The notes under the pieces are model-generated. The model did no database searches. It was not told the DNA's origin and saw only the letters and a list, made by a program, of their open reading frames with translations. From Tubiluchus corallicola (taxonomy: Eukaryota > Animalia > Priapulida), in the NCBI GenBank assembly GCA_030141605.1, contig JAQGDQ010000082.1:496001-560000 (forward strand): a stretch of DNA of 64,000 bases, read 5' to 3'. Both the position numbers and the translations under genes were made by a program. This document shows, piece after piece, positions 27,283 to 42,200 of this stretch. Numbering within the stretch: position 1 is the stretch's first letter; every line of letters starts with the position of its first letter.

Positions 27283-27299
27283 CCCTGTGCTACAAGCAT
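27283..27299 (-). CDS. Candidate alternative first exon MLVAQG
   Basis: caaaATG context; donor GG|gtgagt; phase 2. Confidence 0.35.
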
Positions 27300-28645
27300 T
27301 TTGCACACAACTACTAATTACAGGTAATTTACCCATGAAAACACATGCTAGTCAAGAGCTGGAGAACAAAAGTTATACTAAACTGGCTTAAAACTGTGCC
27401 ATCGAAATTTATAGATGCACTAAGCAAATATGAAGTAAACACTAAGCGTGGTGTTGAATGTCCACCTCTCGCACGTACTTTTACTAAAATTCAAAAACAT
27501 GGTGAAAAGTGATTAATAAAAATCACTAATCAATACTTAAGTTTGAGAGACAAAATCTGTGAATATGCTTTATTCATCCATGACAAGCTATGGAAGCTGT
27601 GGCACAATAACTTCAGCAATGACCATGCAAACATTTTGAGAATGCTCGAAGCAACGAAGGATCTTGAAAAAAATCACAACAGTTAAGGTTCTAAACTACT
27701 GCAATTTGTGGGGATCAATTTAACTGACTAAGTATTAAAAAATCTGTGTAAATACTGGTTAGGTAGTTGTGTGATACTAGACAAATACATTTACCCTTGA
27801 ATAAGGAAATGACTGGTGCCAAATACTGATAAACAAGGTTAATCTATGTAAAGTGGAAGATGTGCAATTTGCTTCAACGTTTACTGTCATAAAATGAAGA
27901 GAGTATAGACGCTTAATTATCGGGTGACATGTTAAAGGTGTTCAAGCATAATTTTACTAAATGAACGTCCTTATTTCTGCATTCAGGCTGTAATCTTTGC
28001 ACATTCATTTTGGAATGAATGGACAAAGAGAGATGATCTTGAAATCCAAATGCACCATTTCAAATATCGGTGGCGCCATCTCTACTTGAAATTTTATATT
28101 AGCACGTACGTGTATACACATATTAACTAATTTCATGTAGACTAAAGATGCAACGCGTGATTTAAAACATTTTATAAAACTGTGAACAGTACTACGAAAA
28201 GAACATTACACAGAAACGCAAATTTAAGAAATAAAACATTACAGGTTCAAGAAACGATCTCAAAAGAAAGATTTTGATCACAACTTTTTTTCATTTTTTA
28301 TTGTTTTCAGGAGTACAACCGCTGTCCACACAATAGTAGTCAATACGCAGGTATGATCTCTCACGAAGTTAGCTACAAGAATATTCAAAAGAAAAGCGTA
28401 CATCAATCTGCTTCAACAGATGCTGCTGGTATTCGTTATCTTCACGGAACCGGAGCATTGCATTGGATCGTAATTCAAAATGCAGAAATCAGATGGCAGC
28501 ACCGTGCAATTTTCATGGATTATAAATAAAACCCAAAAAACGAGTTGACTGTGATCAATACATTTTATCTTACATAATATAATAGTCTTTCTAGTAGGTA
28601 ACAATAAAAATGAGTATCGTAATAAAATAAAAACTAAAAACTCAC

Positions 28646-28729
28646 CTGCTCCTTGGCAAGAACATTGATCCATCAATGAACACTGAACCAGAGAGTAAAA
28701 TGTACCAACAAGTTGATAATTCCCCACGA
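28646..28729 (-). CDS. RAPGEF2: PDZ-GEF (RAPGEF2/6) coding exon 3
   Basis: ctttgcag|T RGELSTCWYILLSGSVFIDGSMFLPRS AG|gtgagt; matches RAPGEF2/6 'TCWYILLSGSVFI..SMFLPRSS'. Confidence 0.95.
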
Positions 28730-28901
28730 CTGCAAAGGTATAAACGAATTTCTTAATCATGTAATATTACAGCACCTTGTAAAAATGTCACAATCATTTT
28801 AAGAATTCTAGATTTTTCAACATCAAATCTATGTCATTTCGATACTACGCTTTTACACTATGCAATCACTATACATTATACAAATCACTTTGTGAGGAAA
28901 A

Positions 28902-29046
28902 AATGATGCTGAAGAAGAAGAAGAAGAAGAAAAAGACGATGGTCATGTTGATGATGATGGTGATGATAACAACGACAATGGTGGCTGCTTTGGCGATGAT
29001 GATGATGACGACGGTGGTGTCGATGATAATGATGGTGATGATGACG
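28902..29046. repeat. Degenerate (GAA)n/(GAT)n trinucleotide tract
   Basis: Seen directly. Confidence 0.9.
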
Positions 29047-30202
29047 TTCAAAAGATGTGCAAGTATCTTTGTCAAAATAATGTTATGTTCACATTATACG
29101 TTGAACCTTGCTATATTTAATTAATTACTTAAGCAACTAAACAAACATTAATTGAAACAAGGAAGTGCAATATACTTGTTTCAATTAATGGCAGCTGAGC
29201 AGGTTATTTTTTACGCATATACGTAATTTCTGCAGGGCTTTTGAAACAAGTTGTTAGAGAACTACTGTAAAGTTGCTTAATTGCAATCTCGAAATTTATT
29301 TTGGTAAAATAGCATCATTTTTATATCAGCACCCAAATTGCTGAGAAGCGCAGCTGAGATCATCTAATTGCAATCTTGAAAACGCTAGAACAGTATGTCT
29401 CTGCGTAAAAGCAGCAAAGTCTGTATATAAAAGCTCAGCAAAAGCCTCGCTAGCAATAAAAGCTGCAAAAACCAATTTTGTAAGCAACTATAATTATTTC
29501 CATTAAATTAACAGCTTTTGAAGTTTGCAGTGCATGTATGTATACGGTAAGTAAGCACTAAACAATTAATTTCAGCATGCTGAAAATGAAGTTGCGCTTA
29601 AAATTTTACAAAATAACGAAGTCAAATTTGCCAGAGTAAACGGCAATGAACCGGACTGACAGATATTACAAAACTCTTTTCCCCAGGAGGAAAAGTGTGA
29701 AGAGCAGTAATGTTTCAAGACAGCAGCAATCATTCTAATGGACATTGCGAGAAATCATGTAATTATCTACGTGGGATGCATTGTCGGTTTAGGTCAAATT
29801 GCATATAGAATAATCATACTGTTACTGGCAATGTCCCTATTGAGGAAATCAGAGGTGAGGACAACATTTTTAAGATGCAAACTATGGCAGGACTCTTGAC
29901 AGAAATAAGTGCTCTCAATTGAACTATTTTAAACATCAACGTTTTCACAATGACTATTCAAGCTGACTAGTGCTGGCAAAATTTTTCTTATCATTGTTCA
30001 TGTTGTTGTTGTTGACGATATTAGTGATCCTGCCTTGGCATTGGTGATGGTGCTGTTTGCATTCTTGTTTTTGTAGTTACTGCTGCTGCTGCTGCAGTAA
30101 CTGTTGCTAAAAGGCCTTTGATCTTTTCATTCTGAATTTCGTTGTAACTTTCTACAAAAAGCACACTTAAAACTTCAAATGTTGCGCGATTATGAACATT
30201 AC

Positions 30203-30243
30203 CTTTCTGTAGAGGCTACTGACATTAGAGTGACGGAGTGCAT
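30203..30243 (-). CDS. Candidate alternative first exon MHSVTLMSVASTE(S), upstream of exon 3
   Basis: Donor AAG|gtaatg, phase 2, compatible with the exon-3 acceptor. Confidence 0.25.
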
Positions 30244-31507
30244 AAATTTTGAAATTACTATCTACCCTTATAGCAGCCTACCAGCCCTCTAAATAATTTT
30301 AGATTTGTCATCAGGAAATCTTGATTTCAAAAGAAATACAATCACTAGAACAGGCACTGTTGCATAGATAGTAAGTTAGTAACATCATTATTTTATTAAG
30401 TACTTGAATAATTAAACCCGGACTAATAAAATCTTGCTAGGTCTATTTAGATGTGACTAACAAATTTAGGCGCATGTAAATAGCATGTGAAAATTTTCAT
30501 ACGCTGAACACTGGAAAAAATGAACAAAATTTGTTTTTAAAAGACCAGCGTTTGAAGAAAACAGTCGTAAATGTATATTAATAGTATTATGAATTTGAAT
30601 CTATTGCATCACAACAAACTTTGCCTAAATTCTGGAAAAAGTTATTAATGGTTTTTATTTGGCGTATTTCATGACAAAGACATATGTTGTAAGTGAATGA
30701 ATGAGTGAGTGAGTGTGTGAGTCAGTGATGTACGTTTAGGAGGCCTTTCCTAAAGGTCATCTTATAGCCTAGTTTTTCTTTGTTGCAGTTGCATGGCCAC
30801 TTTTGTTTGTTGTCTCTTCTTTTTCGCTCCTGTAGATATTGCTGTTGGTGGGAACTTACTGCCTCAGTGACAGTCGTTATTGCTGAGATGCGCTATTGCA
30901 GCAGTTGCCGTATTGAAACATCATCACCGTTTTTTACGTCTACACAGTTGCATCAAGAGAAGTTCAAATGACAGATGAAATATACAAGGACAGATAAACG
31001 TTTTAACGAGTCTCAGTTTGCTCAACGTGTTGACACTGACCAGAACCAACAGTTTTTCTTCCAACACAAAAACTCGTTCATCCTACAAACTTTATCTCCT
31101 GGAAGAAACACAAGGGACTCGAAGAAACGCAGCTGCAACTGAGCAAATAGAGCATTTTATTACACTATCTTCACTCTGCTAGACTGTCTCCAAGTAAATC
31201 ACGCATTAACCATGAATTGAATGCAGGGCAGTTTCAATAAAGCATCTATTAGCTTGAAATCTCCAACGTCTAACCGGAGGGTATTTCGGTAAACGAAAAA
31301 CTCTGTCTTAGTAATTGGCTTTTTAACATTCATAGCATGATCAAAATTACTTTGACAATTCTAGTTATCCACACAGAGACACAATTACGCGAATCAAGAC
31401 TAAATTTGTCTTGTGTGGGTGAAGCTTTTAAAAAGCGTTTTAAGTTACAAATACAAGGTAAAATAATATTTCCTAAGCTTCCTTTCTATACTACATGTAG
31501 AATACTA

Positions 31508-31696
31508 CAGGGTGTTCCAAAAGAAACAGTGCAGTAGAAATACGCTGATATGCTACAATAGGGTGGATAATGATATAAAAACAATTATCTCTGCATAATT
31601 ACAATTTTCCTATCATTGTATAAACCTGATTTTAGTACATTCCAGATAATCATACGACCATTATTTCTACCGCACTGTTTTTTCTGGAACAGCCTA
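31508..31696. mobile_element. Tc1/mariner-type MITE
   Basis: About 35-bp terminal inverted repeats CAGGGTGTTCCAAAAGAAACAGTGCAGTAGAAATA / TATTTCTACCGCACTGTTTTTTCTGGAACAGCCTA, flanked by TA. Confidence 0.75.
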
Positions 31697-31867
31697 TATA
31701 AAAGACAGGCAAAGTATAGCAGACAGATGTGGAACCAATTTTCCTAATGACATTTTCATTTCTATGAAAAACAAGTTTAAAATACTATTTGATATTTAAC
31801 CGTAACAGCTTCCGGCAAGAACAAGGAAGTTCCGGTAGGAAGCACTGTGTGTAGCCTATGTACATAC

Positions 31868-31995
31868 CAGTAAAGTATATCGTTGGCCTTGTGACGTTCA
31901 TAGCGCACGTTACGACAAATTGCTCTCAGGGCTGGCTCCCTAAGTTGAGATAGGGCCTCCATACCATGCAAATGAGCAAAAATATACTGCAAGTC
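31868..31995 (-). CDS. RAPGEF2: PDZ-GEF (RAPGEF2/6) coding exon 2, N-terminal cNMP-binding-like domain
   Basis: ttttttcag|DLQYIFAHLHGMEALSQLREPALRAICRNVRYERHKANDILY TG|gtatgt; matches RAPGEF2/6 'YSYLHGMEALSNLREHQLRLM..VRYERH.AN..LY'. Confidence 0.95.
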
Positions 31996-32109
31996 CTGAA
32001 AAAACAGTAAATGTGTTTCAGCATGTCATCAGATAAGCAACTCACAGATAAAAATGTATAAAACGTAAATAACTTTACAACTTTTATTTTTACGTATATT
32101 ATTTTTACA

Positions 32110-32242
32110 TTTCGCCCCCCGTTCCTCCCGGTGGGCCCGATTCGAAAAATAAACCATCAATGAGAAGACACTAGATCGAGACCTTTCGTTTGATATATAG
32201 ATCGCCGCAAATGGTGCCGTCGTCGAAGCTGTAGCCTCGAAT

Positions 32243-32276
<34 letters not shown>

Positions 32277-32280
32277 GATA
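32110..32280 (+). mobile_element. Possible DINE/Helentron-like non-autonomous element end with a (TA)n microsatellite
   Basis: GC-rich patch ending in (TA)n then TTAAGAT; family assignment is from general architecture only. Confidence 0.35.
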
Positions 32281-35200
32281 CCAAGAATATTAATATAAGG
32301 GATAATGTGCAATACAATACAAGTACTGCTTATGATGAAAATTTCTTGTAGATTTTGCCGAACAGGCATCACAGGAAGCCTTCGAGCCGTTTGTATATTA
32401 ACAATAAACCTAATTTCTAAGTATACGATTAGAATACCAAAAGCCCTGTTCTGAATTCATCGCACTTTAACCACTCATAACGGAAGTAAGGTAAGTAAGT
32501 AATTTATTGACCAAGAATATGATTACACTATGATCAGGATAAATGCACGGAAAATAACACATTAAATTGGTCCAAAATTTTCTCCAAAACATTAATACAT
32601 TGACGATCGTAAAAGTGCTATAATGGCATTAAACAGAGTGTGGCAAATTAATTAGCACGTTATACTATCAGTCCTACAAGAAACTGTGATTAATTGTGCA
32701 AAACATTTAAGGCACTGATGAATATAGCCCACAACTTATCGTTATGCCTGAACCTAGAGTTGATGGATGCCATCAACATTAGAGAGGCGAAGTCAGTCTT
32801 CGCACAATTGCAGAATATAAAGCGACAATTTAGGAGAAATGGAAATTTCATACTATTTCAAGATTATTCTTGCCGCCGGTATCCTAGTTTTCACTTGCAA
32901 ATTTATTTATACTGGATAGTGCGAGGTTAAAAAACCACACGGTTCTTTTTTTGGTATTTTTGGGAAGACAACAGCTATCATACAATGTAAGTAGCGCACG
33001 TTTACAGACGATAAATTCAAAAACATCGTCAATTTGCTTGAACCAATTAAAAAATCGGAAACAATTAAGCTGCGTTCACATAAATCAAACAATCTAAACT
33101 CCACCGCATTAGTGTCAGTTTTCGGGTTAGTCCCATGACATGCAGGTCCACAGTTCTACAGCACGTTTATAGTGTGTAACATCCGGTTTCAAGTGAAATC
33201 ATTGAAAACCACAGGCTCATTGATGTTTTTGTGAGAGAAGTGTCGTCATGCTATTTCCACTAAGAGAAGCAAACAAACTTAAGGCAACTTGACGCTCAAA
33301 CATAATTGACTCTTTGCACTTTAACTGTAAAATAATAAGAGACAACGTCCCAATGTGCACCTGGGGGTTAACAGCTAAATTGCAAGGCAGCTATGTGGCA
33401 TACCTGTCACCTTAATTACAAATATCGTTCACAAATGTCATAAATGACAAGCCCCAAAGGTGCATTGCCTAAATACTGATTGCTTTCACGGTTCAATCAT
33501 GTGCTGCCGTTTCTGTAATTAGTAATACATGAAAGTCATGTATGCAGCCCACGCTGTAATAACACAGTATGTATGGCACTACAATTGTTATGCATTGTAA
33601 TTCTATGCATGTTTGCAATCTAGTTACCGAATAATACTGGAATAAAGAGAATAATCGTGTACTTGCCGAGCTTCAACTGAATTATATTAACAGAGAATGT
33701 GAATTACTGTATGTTGGCATACCCTCAGTAAGAAGTGGTATGTTTTACGTTAATTAGGACCAGGTATAGTATATGTATATGTTAATGTACAGTACTTATT
33801 TTTTATTTTTACCTGCAGGCAACTGAAAAGCAAACTCTGGGTAGTATAAAATATATATAATCGTTGTGGTTTTTAGCATTAACGTTTACGTACCAATGAG
33901 TGGCCACGCATCACCATATTTATATTTCATCTGATATTAATATGCCTTTTGAAATTCTAATGTTGTCTTCAAATATAATGTGTTGTCTTTATTTATTTAT
34001 TTACTTTTACTATGTATTATTGCTACATTGCAGATGCATACTATGACTTTGTTACATAACTTATGGAATACTATTAAATAAATTATTAAATAATTAGCAA
34101 GTGAACACATAAATGTTATATGAAGGAAACAATTTAACGATACTGACAGTATTCAGAAAAGTTAACACTCTGATTTTATAGTATTCTTGCGAGTAGTAAG
34201 TCTGTCGGAAACAGTTTCTTTTAGTGTATCATAGGCGCATTCCTGTATACAAACGAAATTTTTTGTATATGTGTATATGTGTATTTGTGAATAGTATAGA
34301 TTTCTGTGTTTTGCATTAAGTTCTTATGATAAAATTGCAACAATGAACAAAACATCTTATTCCTTGTAGATCATTTACGTGTACTATACAAGCATTTACT
34401 GCTTAAAAAAATGCATTCACATCACGAAAAAGGTGCTAAAAGCTGCTTTCTGAACTACAAAACTGAAACCGTCTGGGACACAATTTTACAAAAGTTCTCT
34501 GCTCTCTGCAGAGGCACCATAATATTACGAACATAGCATCTTCTTTCAACAGGTAGAGATGAGGGGGCAGATATCAGTCACAAATCTTCAAAAACAGGTT
34601 CCTTGCTGTGAATAGAGATTTTCGAACAATGCCCTCCAGAAAACGCTTTCACTTTATAGCAAACGAGGGCGCAGCCAATACAGCAAACAGTGAAATCGTG
34701 GGTAAAAAGTCCTATCATAAATTAAACATCAAAGCTTTTTACAATAATTTCAACCCAGTTCAAATCTTAAGAGAGAAATCATTACTAAATACCTTCAGCA
34801 TTACTTCTATTATAATTTAATGTAAATGTACCATATGCCATCAATATACAGACAGATGGCGGAATCAGAGACGCTGTACGAAATATTGGAAATGGCTACA
34901 AGTCATCTCTGAACAGGTGGAATTTATGTAGGTCTCTCACAGAATGGCGCGTGCGTTTACAAAGCAGCTGGGGTGAGTCTTCAGATTTACAGGCAGGTCA
35001 TTTTCTCATCAGAGTGACCAGCCCGACCCATTTTGCCAGCTGAATATCGTCTTATGAATATCCCATCACCACCATCCGAACTTGGATTAATTAAAAAATT
35101 TGCATTACGCAGAACGTGAAGTTTATAGAAAATTAAGTTCGCATATACTAATATCTCAGTCTAGCACGAATTTTACTTTGAGAAGTTGAACTGCCGACCA

Positions 35201-37724
35201 TTCATTTTAATAAGTGAGATTGCTTCCACTTCTGAACTAACATCAGTATTCGTCAATGTTCACGTTACTGACGATAGATATCATGTACAGTACTCCTCAA
35301 CATACCAATCACGTTGCTAATTTTTACCTAACGCCATCTTACAAAACACGTCTTTATACAATTTTTGGAAAATGTTCAAAAATGCGAACAAACACTAAAT
35401 AATGGCTCTTATTCAATACTCCTGATACACGCCCTTGGGACCCCCTGGGCGGCAGGTAATTTCTAAATAAGAGTTTAGTACAGCGTAGCCAAGGTCGCTG
35501 GTCTTTCAAATGTTTACTATTCCTCCTCACAGTATCGGAAACTCGGATACTCGGACGCTGTTGAACGCTGACTCGCAAAGAGCGGAAAAACGAAAATCCT
35601 CCACCTCTTCGGTTACAATAGTACATTTGTTTCCATCAACCGTGACTCACTGCATACTTGTGAACTTATACATACAATTCGCGTGTAAATACGCAGATGG
35701 ACATTATGATTAGCAGGCACTGATTATTATATTCAGCATTAATTTTATGATTATCAATGAACAAATTATCGCTGGAGAATTTGATGAAGTTGGGCTCTCA
35801 CTGCTCCATTCTCTGTTATTTTATAAATTAATGCTAGAACTAATTCGTGTCACTCTTTTTCTCGCTTCATTTCCGTTTAAGGGTCACATTCAGCTCTTTT
35901 AGTGTCAAAAATTCCTATCATCCTTGAACGTTTGAGCATAGAAGGCTCTCGAAATGATATGGCTGGACACACAGTGTTAATTGACAGAATTTATGCTAGC
36001 CAGACATGAATGCGCTGTATTTTGCCATAAAACATAATATTACAAGGTTTTTCCATGAAGGATAAAGAAACAAGACAAGAACTTAAAATTAAAGTAAATG
36101 CCTATTCGTGAATAATCAAGATTATGATAAGTTACAAGATCATTAGTTCATGACACGAGACAATTTTACCTAATCACAATCATTATACACGTACAAGTGT
36201 ATAATGATGCAAATTTTCTGCTTTCTCATTGGTCAAAACGGGATCACGTGACGAAAAATAGTTACACCAGAGTTCATACTTTCCGAGTTAACGATCGATA
36301 GCCAACTGTTGGGGGATTTCTACCTCTTAATACAACGTGTTTTCTCAGAAACTAAACTGACCTCAATCTCAATCTTGAAATCAGCAATCCCCTGAATCTC
36401 AGTTTAGAGCGTCGACACCCCAGTGGAATTGTTGAAACATGGAATACGGAATGCTGTTATTGCAGTTTAATTGTGCTTTCTAGTATTAGAAAATTCGGCA
36501 TTTAAACAAAAATCAAATAAGACTTTCGTTTGTTCTAATTAAAAAATCAGAAGACTGCTATGCAATTACATTTGCGCTGCATGTAGATTTTTACTTCGCG
36601 CGTCTTCTACTTACATACTTCACTGGATTAAAAACTGACAGCAAAAACGATTAAGCCGATGTTTGAAGACAAAATGCTTAGCATGAAGACAAATAAAACA
36701 TTATTGTGATGAGCAGCAGACACGTCAATAAACTTTAGACGAGATGCCGGTCTGTTGGGAATCGTTAATTCCAGATTCAGACAGAAAGTCGGACGATAAA
36801 ATTCATATCTGTAGTATATATATTGCCACTGTAGCGGTGTTCTCGTCGAGATCGGGCTGCGAGGGCCTCAATGGCTCAGGGCGGGATGACAAACTGCACT
36901 CGAGTTCGGGGTCATATTGGAATCGAGTCGAGACCATGGGCTTCGAAACGGCACTGAATGTTCAGGATTTTATAAAAGTTCGGGATCGGGATGGAGCTAT
37001 CAATGACCGATATTTTGCTAACTGCTAGACTGTGTTTTTCACGAATTAGGTTAGCTTGTTTAAATTTACTTTAGGACTATAATACTATAATTTTATTTCA
37101 AATCCAAACTATACGTCTAATTAAACCGAAATGTAGAAGGGTTATTATTTCGCATATTTTGGTCTTTTATTTTACTTCTTTGGTCTCATTGTAAATGCAC
37201 TTGACAATTTGCATCACCATTCTGTAAATTAGTAGTTTATGTTAATGGGAATAAATTTAACTGACCTAATTAATATAATTCAGCAAAAACGAATAAGATA
37301 ATTTAATTTTTTCTGCGATTTACACCACAGGTTTAAACGGCTTGAGCACATAACGCAAAGTAATGCTAAAAAACATAAGTACAAGCGCAATATCCAGAAA
37401 TGGGTTAGTTGACCGGCGCAAACTTTTTTCTCAATTACTTAACGAGAGTACAAGTCGTTTGTTCTACTAAACAGATTCTTTATGGACATGTCAAACTTTC
37501 ACTACATAATTTTAGCGTGTACACTATGTCTAATTAAATTTCGAGCCACATTTAACTGTGTCATAAGAACAGATTTTTAAGATTGTATCATGTACTGAGG
37601 ACTACGTCATAAAATCCATAAAATCAGTTTTAGTAGACCTGATTAGCGATGCTGTAATATAAAACTTACACTGATCATATCACCAAGAGTAATGAAACGT
37701 ATTAAGACGTTTATGAGTATACTT

Positions 37725-38030
37725 CTAACGGGCAACGAAAGGGATGAACAGCGCAGAACAGAAGAGATGACAGGAAAGAAGAGCACAGAGCATGACAAGA
37801 AAGGAGAAGATGAGAAAGAGGAGCGAAGGAAGTTGAGAGAAAGGAGACATAAAAGGAGACGAGACAAGAAACGAGGGAGAAAACAGGAGGTGAATTGGAG
37901 AAGGGGAAGGAAACAGAAAGGCAAAAAAGGAAAGTAGAGAGAAAAGGAAAAGGGAAAATGAGGGAACAGAAAAAAGAAGAAAAGGGAAGAGACCTGCGGA
38001 AAAGAGAGGAAATGCGAAAAAGAAGAGGTG
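37725..38030. repeat. Purine-rich low-complexity tract
   Basis: Near-pure A/G on the plus strand. Confidence 0.9.
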
Positions 38031-38981
38031 GGTAAAACTTTGCACACAGTGCGGCGGTATATTTTGCAGTTTGGTCAATGTGACATGAAAAAAGCTACAA
38101 AATGACGCATAAATCACGTGTTCAGGACATGTACATAATATTATACATTTCACATGTATGTAGTTATGTACAGCACACAAAGCCTCAGAGCTTACTTGAT
38201 ACACTCTTATAACACATACGTAATAATTTAAAATTCCAAAATATGTAGGCTTATCACGGTACCAGTAATCAAAAATAATGCCGGTGTTGCTATACTTATC
38301 CAAATTTAGATATATCTTACTGCCAAATTCACACTAATCCGCTATTCACCCACATTTTTCCATACCACTGAGCTCCCTGTATGCACTTCTAAAATTCTGA
38401 ATGAATGAACTAAGCACGCACATAGATACAAATCAAAACAGGAAAAAAAACGTCCAATTTACAGCATACAGCATGATAATGCTATATCCAATACGTGCAG
38501 AAACACGCATTCAGCGAGGATTATTACCAGAAGAATCAGGTGTAACTCGGGCGATTACATTTAAAACTTCTACCTCGCTTAAATTGTAATTAAAACTGAC
38601 TGATGATTTATACGCCGATGTGAAAGGTTGTAAGAAAATCACCTTTCATCACAAGATTCATAACCTTCCATTGTGAACCTGTGACAAGATGATGAGTCAA
38701 TAACTGATGCATTTTTCATTAAAGTTCAGACAGTCGAGGGCACGAAAGACAAACGAGACAAACTCAGTAGGATAATGAAATATTTTCTGCCGAACAAATG
38801 TCAAACAATCATTTATTATGGAAGTTTCAAAACTCTTACTACGATAGGTGACACAAAAAAATTGCAAATTTATGTGATGACAAATTTTACAGAAGCATCA
38901 TTTCACTGTTTCATGTTTCAGCCTTTCGAATTACAATATATTTACCGTACTCGATTTATTTCTTTGCAGAATACACTAAAA

Positions 38982-39290
38982 ACTATGCTGCACTATGCTA
39001 CACTACATTATATTTCATACCCTACGTCATGTTACACAATATATTAACTCCACTACCCTATCCTACACTATACCAGATGCACTACACTATGCTACACTAC
39101 ACCACACTGCATTAACCTAAACCTACTCTAGAGTCTAGTCTACACTACACTACACTACACTACACAGCATCACACCACAACACACCACACAACACCATAC
39201 CACATTCCACTACACTATACCACACACAATATACTAGATCGCACTGCACCATACCACAGCACAATACACTACACTACGTTAAACTATATA
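38982..39290. repeat. Degenerate (ACACT)n pentanucleotide microsatellite
   Basis: TACAC/CACAC/TATGC units. Confidence 0.9.
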
Positions 39291-42200
39291 ATGCTTGAGA
39301 GCGCCACGTAAAAAATACGTGACTGAAATTCAACTACCGCCTAAATTTCAAATACGAGATTCATTGCAAACTTAATTGACATTTATAGGCGCATAATTTA
39401 TTTTACGTGGTTAATCTGCTGAACGATTTCATTAACGCGTAGTTAATAAAGTTGCAAAGACCTGTGTCTGTGTCTACCATATTTCAGCAAAGAGAAACTC
39501 AAGCCTCCATCCCAACAGTCTTCGGTTCAAAACAAAATTTGTAAGTGCAGCAAATGACCTAGAATTCTTTACATATTTTTGTCAGTTACGATGCGTATCT
39601 TGTGAATTCTAGCTATGACTTTCGTCCACTCGAGAAGATTTGTTGTTGCGCAGATGGAATCTGTGAATTGTGTTTCTTTGCCCAAGTTTATTTAAACACT
39701 GATTTAAGTAAATGTGGGACAAAACGATAAAGTGTGCGTATGTGAACAAAACACATAAAAAGGCTGTTACTACAAAAGGTTTATCCCACCCCACTGCTGA
39801 AAAATTATTCTTAGTATTAGAGTTTCTTTGTAATGCTGAAATGAATAATGGGAAATGATGGGTACAGAACTAATCAATGACAAGTAACTCAAATTTTTTA
39901 AACTGCCACGAGCTTAGTTTTGAATTACGACTCCAATGAGTCAAGTGTCCAAGTGAAAAGAGAAAAAGCTAAAATAGTAAAAAGGGTTAATAACGTTAAT
40001 AATGTCAATAACATTTTCCAGTTTTTGCTCTCGGGCTTCTTATCTGTGCAATTCTCTATCAGAAAATTGTTTCCCTAAAAACTAAATCTCACAATTCAAT
40101 AAGAATATCAAACAGATGCCTTCTCTCACTTGCAAATTGGTTAAATAGATTTATTTTTTCGCATATATATTAACAGTTTCACCATACTGTAGCTCTTGAT
40201 TGACCAGTGATCTAGTGTGATACGATTTGTATGGCTTACTGAACATTTTAGAAACCAATCCTTTAATAATATGCATAATAAAATTTTGATTTAATGAATT
40301 CAAAAAAATTACTTTTCGTTGCTTTCGTACAAAGTTTGAGTTTATTTAAATGATAAAGTAGATAAAATTTGGTTTGTTACGCGCTCTTAACTCTATAGTA
40401 TGCAAGATGGACATTTTTTGTAAGTATGTTAATTTCATAGTGTATTTACCCGGTGTTAATGTCTACAAATAAACTAACTAACTATAAAAAAATTATGCAA
40501 AATGCTACCAGTTTTTACATAAATACGGGAAACTGTATTTATGAACATAATCGATAAGGTTTCACCATATTTTTATAATAATTTCCCATCACAGTAACAG
40601 GCAATTTACTTTTGCTTGTTTGATTTGCCAAACGACCAATTTCAAGCCTTCAAGTGTGATTGATCTTGCCTAAGCGAGAAGAGAAAAACGAAAACGCGAA
40701 TCAATCTAATGCGTTGTCGTCAATCGACCAGAAACAAAATTCAAAAGTCTTGATTTTCCTTTAAACGAAACACAACAACTAAGAAATAAGTATAGAAAAA
40801 GTGTAGCACCAACAGACAGTTGTATTATTTCAATGCTACCCAAATTACTATAAGCTATTTTATGGACATACCTATACTCCTACAAACTACACCCATATAA
40901 TTAAAAATTAATATATGGCCTATTTCTATGAGCAACACAAAAGCAATGAACTTTGGGGGGGGGGGGGGGTAGGGAGCGGGATGGTAACCCAACATTGGAC
41001 TTTTTAATTTACAAAAACTGGAATTACCTACCATCTTGACAAGTTAATATTAATGCTTTATGTAACGTGCATATATATAGATTTTGTCGAAGCATTGACG
41101 ACATTTATTTAGACATTTAACTTATACAACCACTGATATCCAAGAAGCATACAGCAGAAGGGTAAATTCTCTACACGAAGCTCAAGAAATTCCTTGATCT
41201 ATTGATTTATTGACCTAACGTACTGTTACATGGATACAGTTTATGAAAATTACTATTTCAACTCAACTGCACCCTCTGTGCTAGTATTTATGTCCACAGT
41301 CCACATCAAATAATTACCCTGTTCACTTTTGCTGTGCACAATAAATATTTTATGGAAAGATGTTTATTGTACCTATTAGATAATTGCTACAGTGCATTGA
41401 ATGCCATTGGGAACAACTTTAGACTATAGTAAATAACTAAATACCAACTCAAAGTAATATTCTCCCTGTTGTAACTTTTGATGCCATCGCCCTCTGGCAA
41501 CAACTGAAAGTAGCCAAATATTTATTGAGAATACCTTTGTAACAGGCAAAGTATAAAATTGCAAGTCCTACTTTTACTATGGTGTCTGCTTAAAAGATCG
41601 ACGTCGCGACCCACGACCCGACATAAGCATCTATTTGACATATTGCTTTCTGAAACGTTTCAATTATTATTCTATGACGAACTAAGTAAACAACTGAGAG
41701 GTCACACTGCGAGATTAGAAACTGATGCAACACTGGAATGATTTAGTAAATGTATTGGTGACTGTCAGACAAACAGCTTCTGGTCTGGGCGGATTCAACC
41801 ACTATTCTGCTCCCAGCTGTTTATCTCTTAGATCTGAGATGTATGCATCCGAAAGTGATTAAGGCACTTCTGACAGTTCAAAATCTCTTGTTAGGGATTT
41901 ATTCTTGATGACCATCATTATCTCGAGACAGGTAAACACCATCTAGAAAATGTCCAACCACTTGTCAGCACCACTTCTATTAGATGCTTAGATAAATCCC
42001 GGTCCCTCCACAACCATTCAGCATTGTAGGCCCATCGTTCGGGGCTTGCAATGTACAGGTTGTACAAATTGTGGATAGGAGGCAGATAGACAATTAGGCA
42101 GATAACCAGCAAACAAGCAGGCTATGTAACATACTGCCTAGCTTATATATAAGCGTCCTATAATGGCATGCACACCAGCCTGTGGTCTTGTCTGGAACTT

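Noticed and set aside
28831-29124. Poly-Lys/Met ORF
   Set aside because: Trinucleotide microsatellite artefact.
37643-38303. Longest ORF in the track (192 aa) and overlapping Lys/Arg/Glu-rich ORFs; likewise 3708-4302
   Set aside because: Stop-free only because of purine/pyrimidine low complexity; no domain or splice support.
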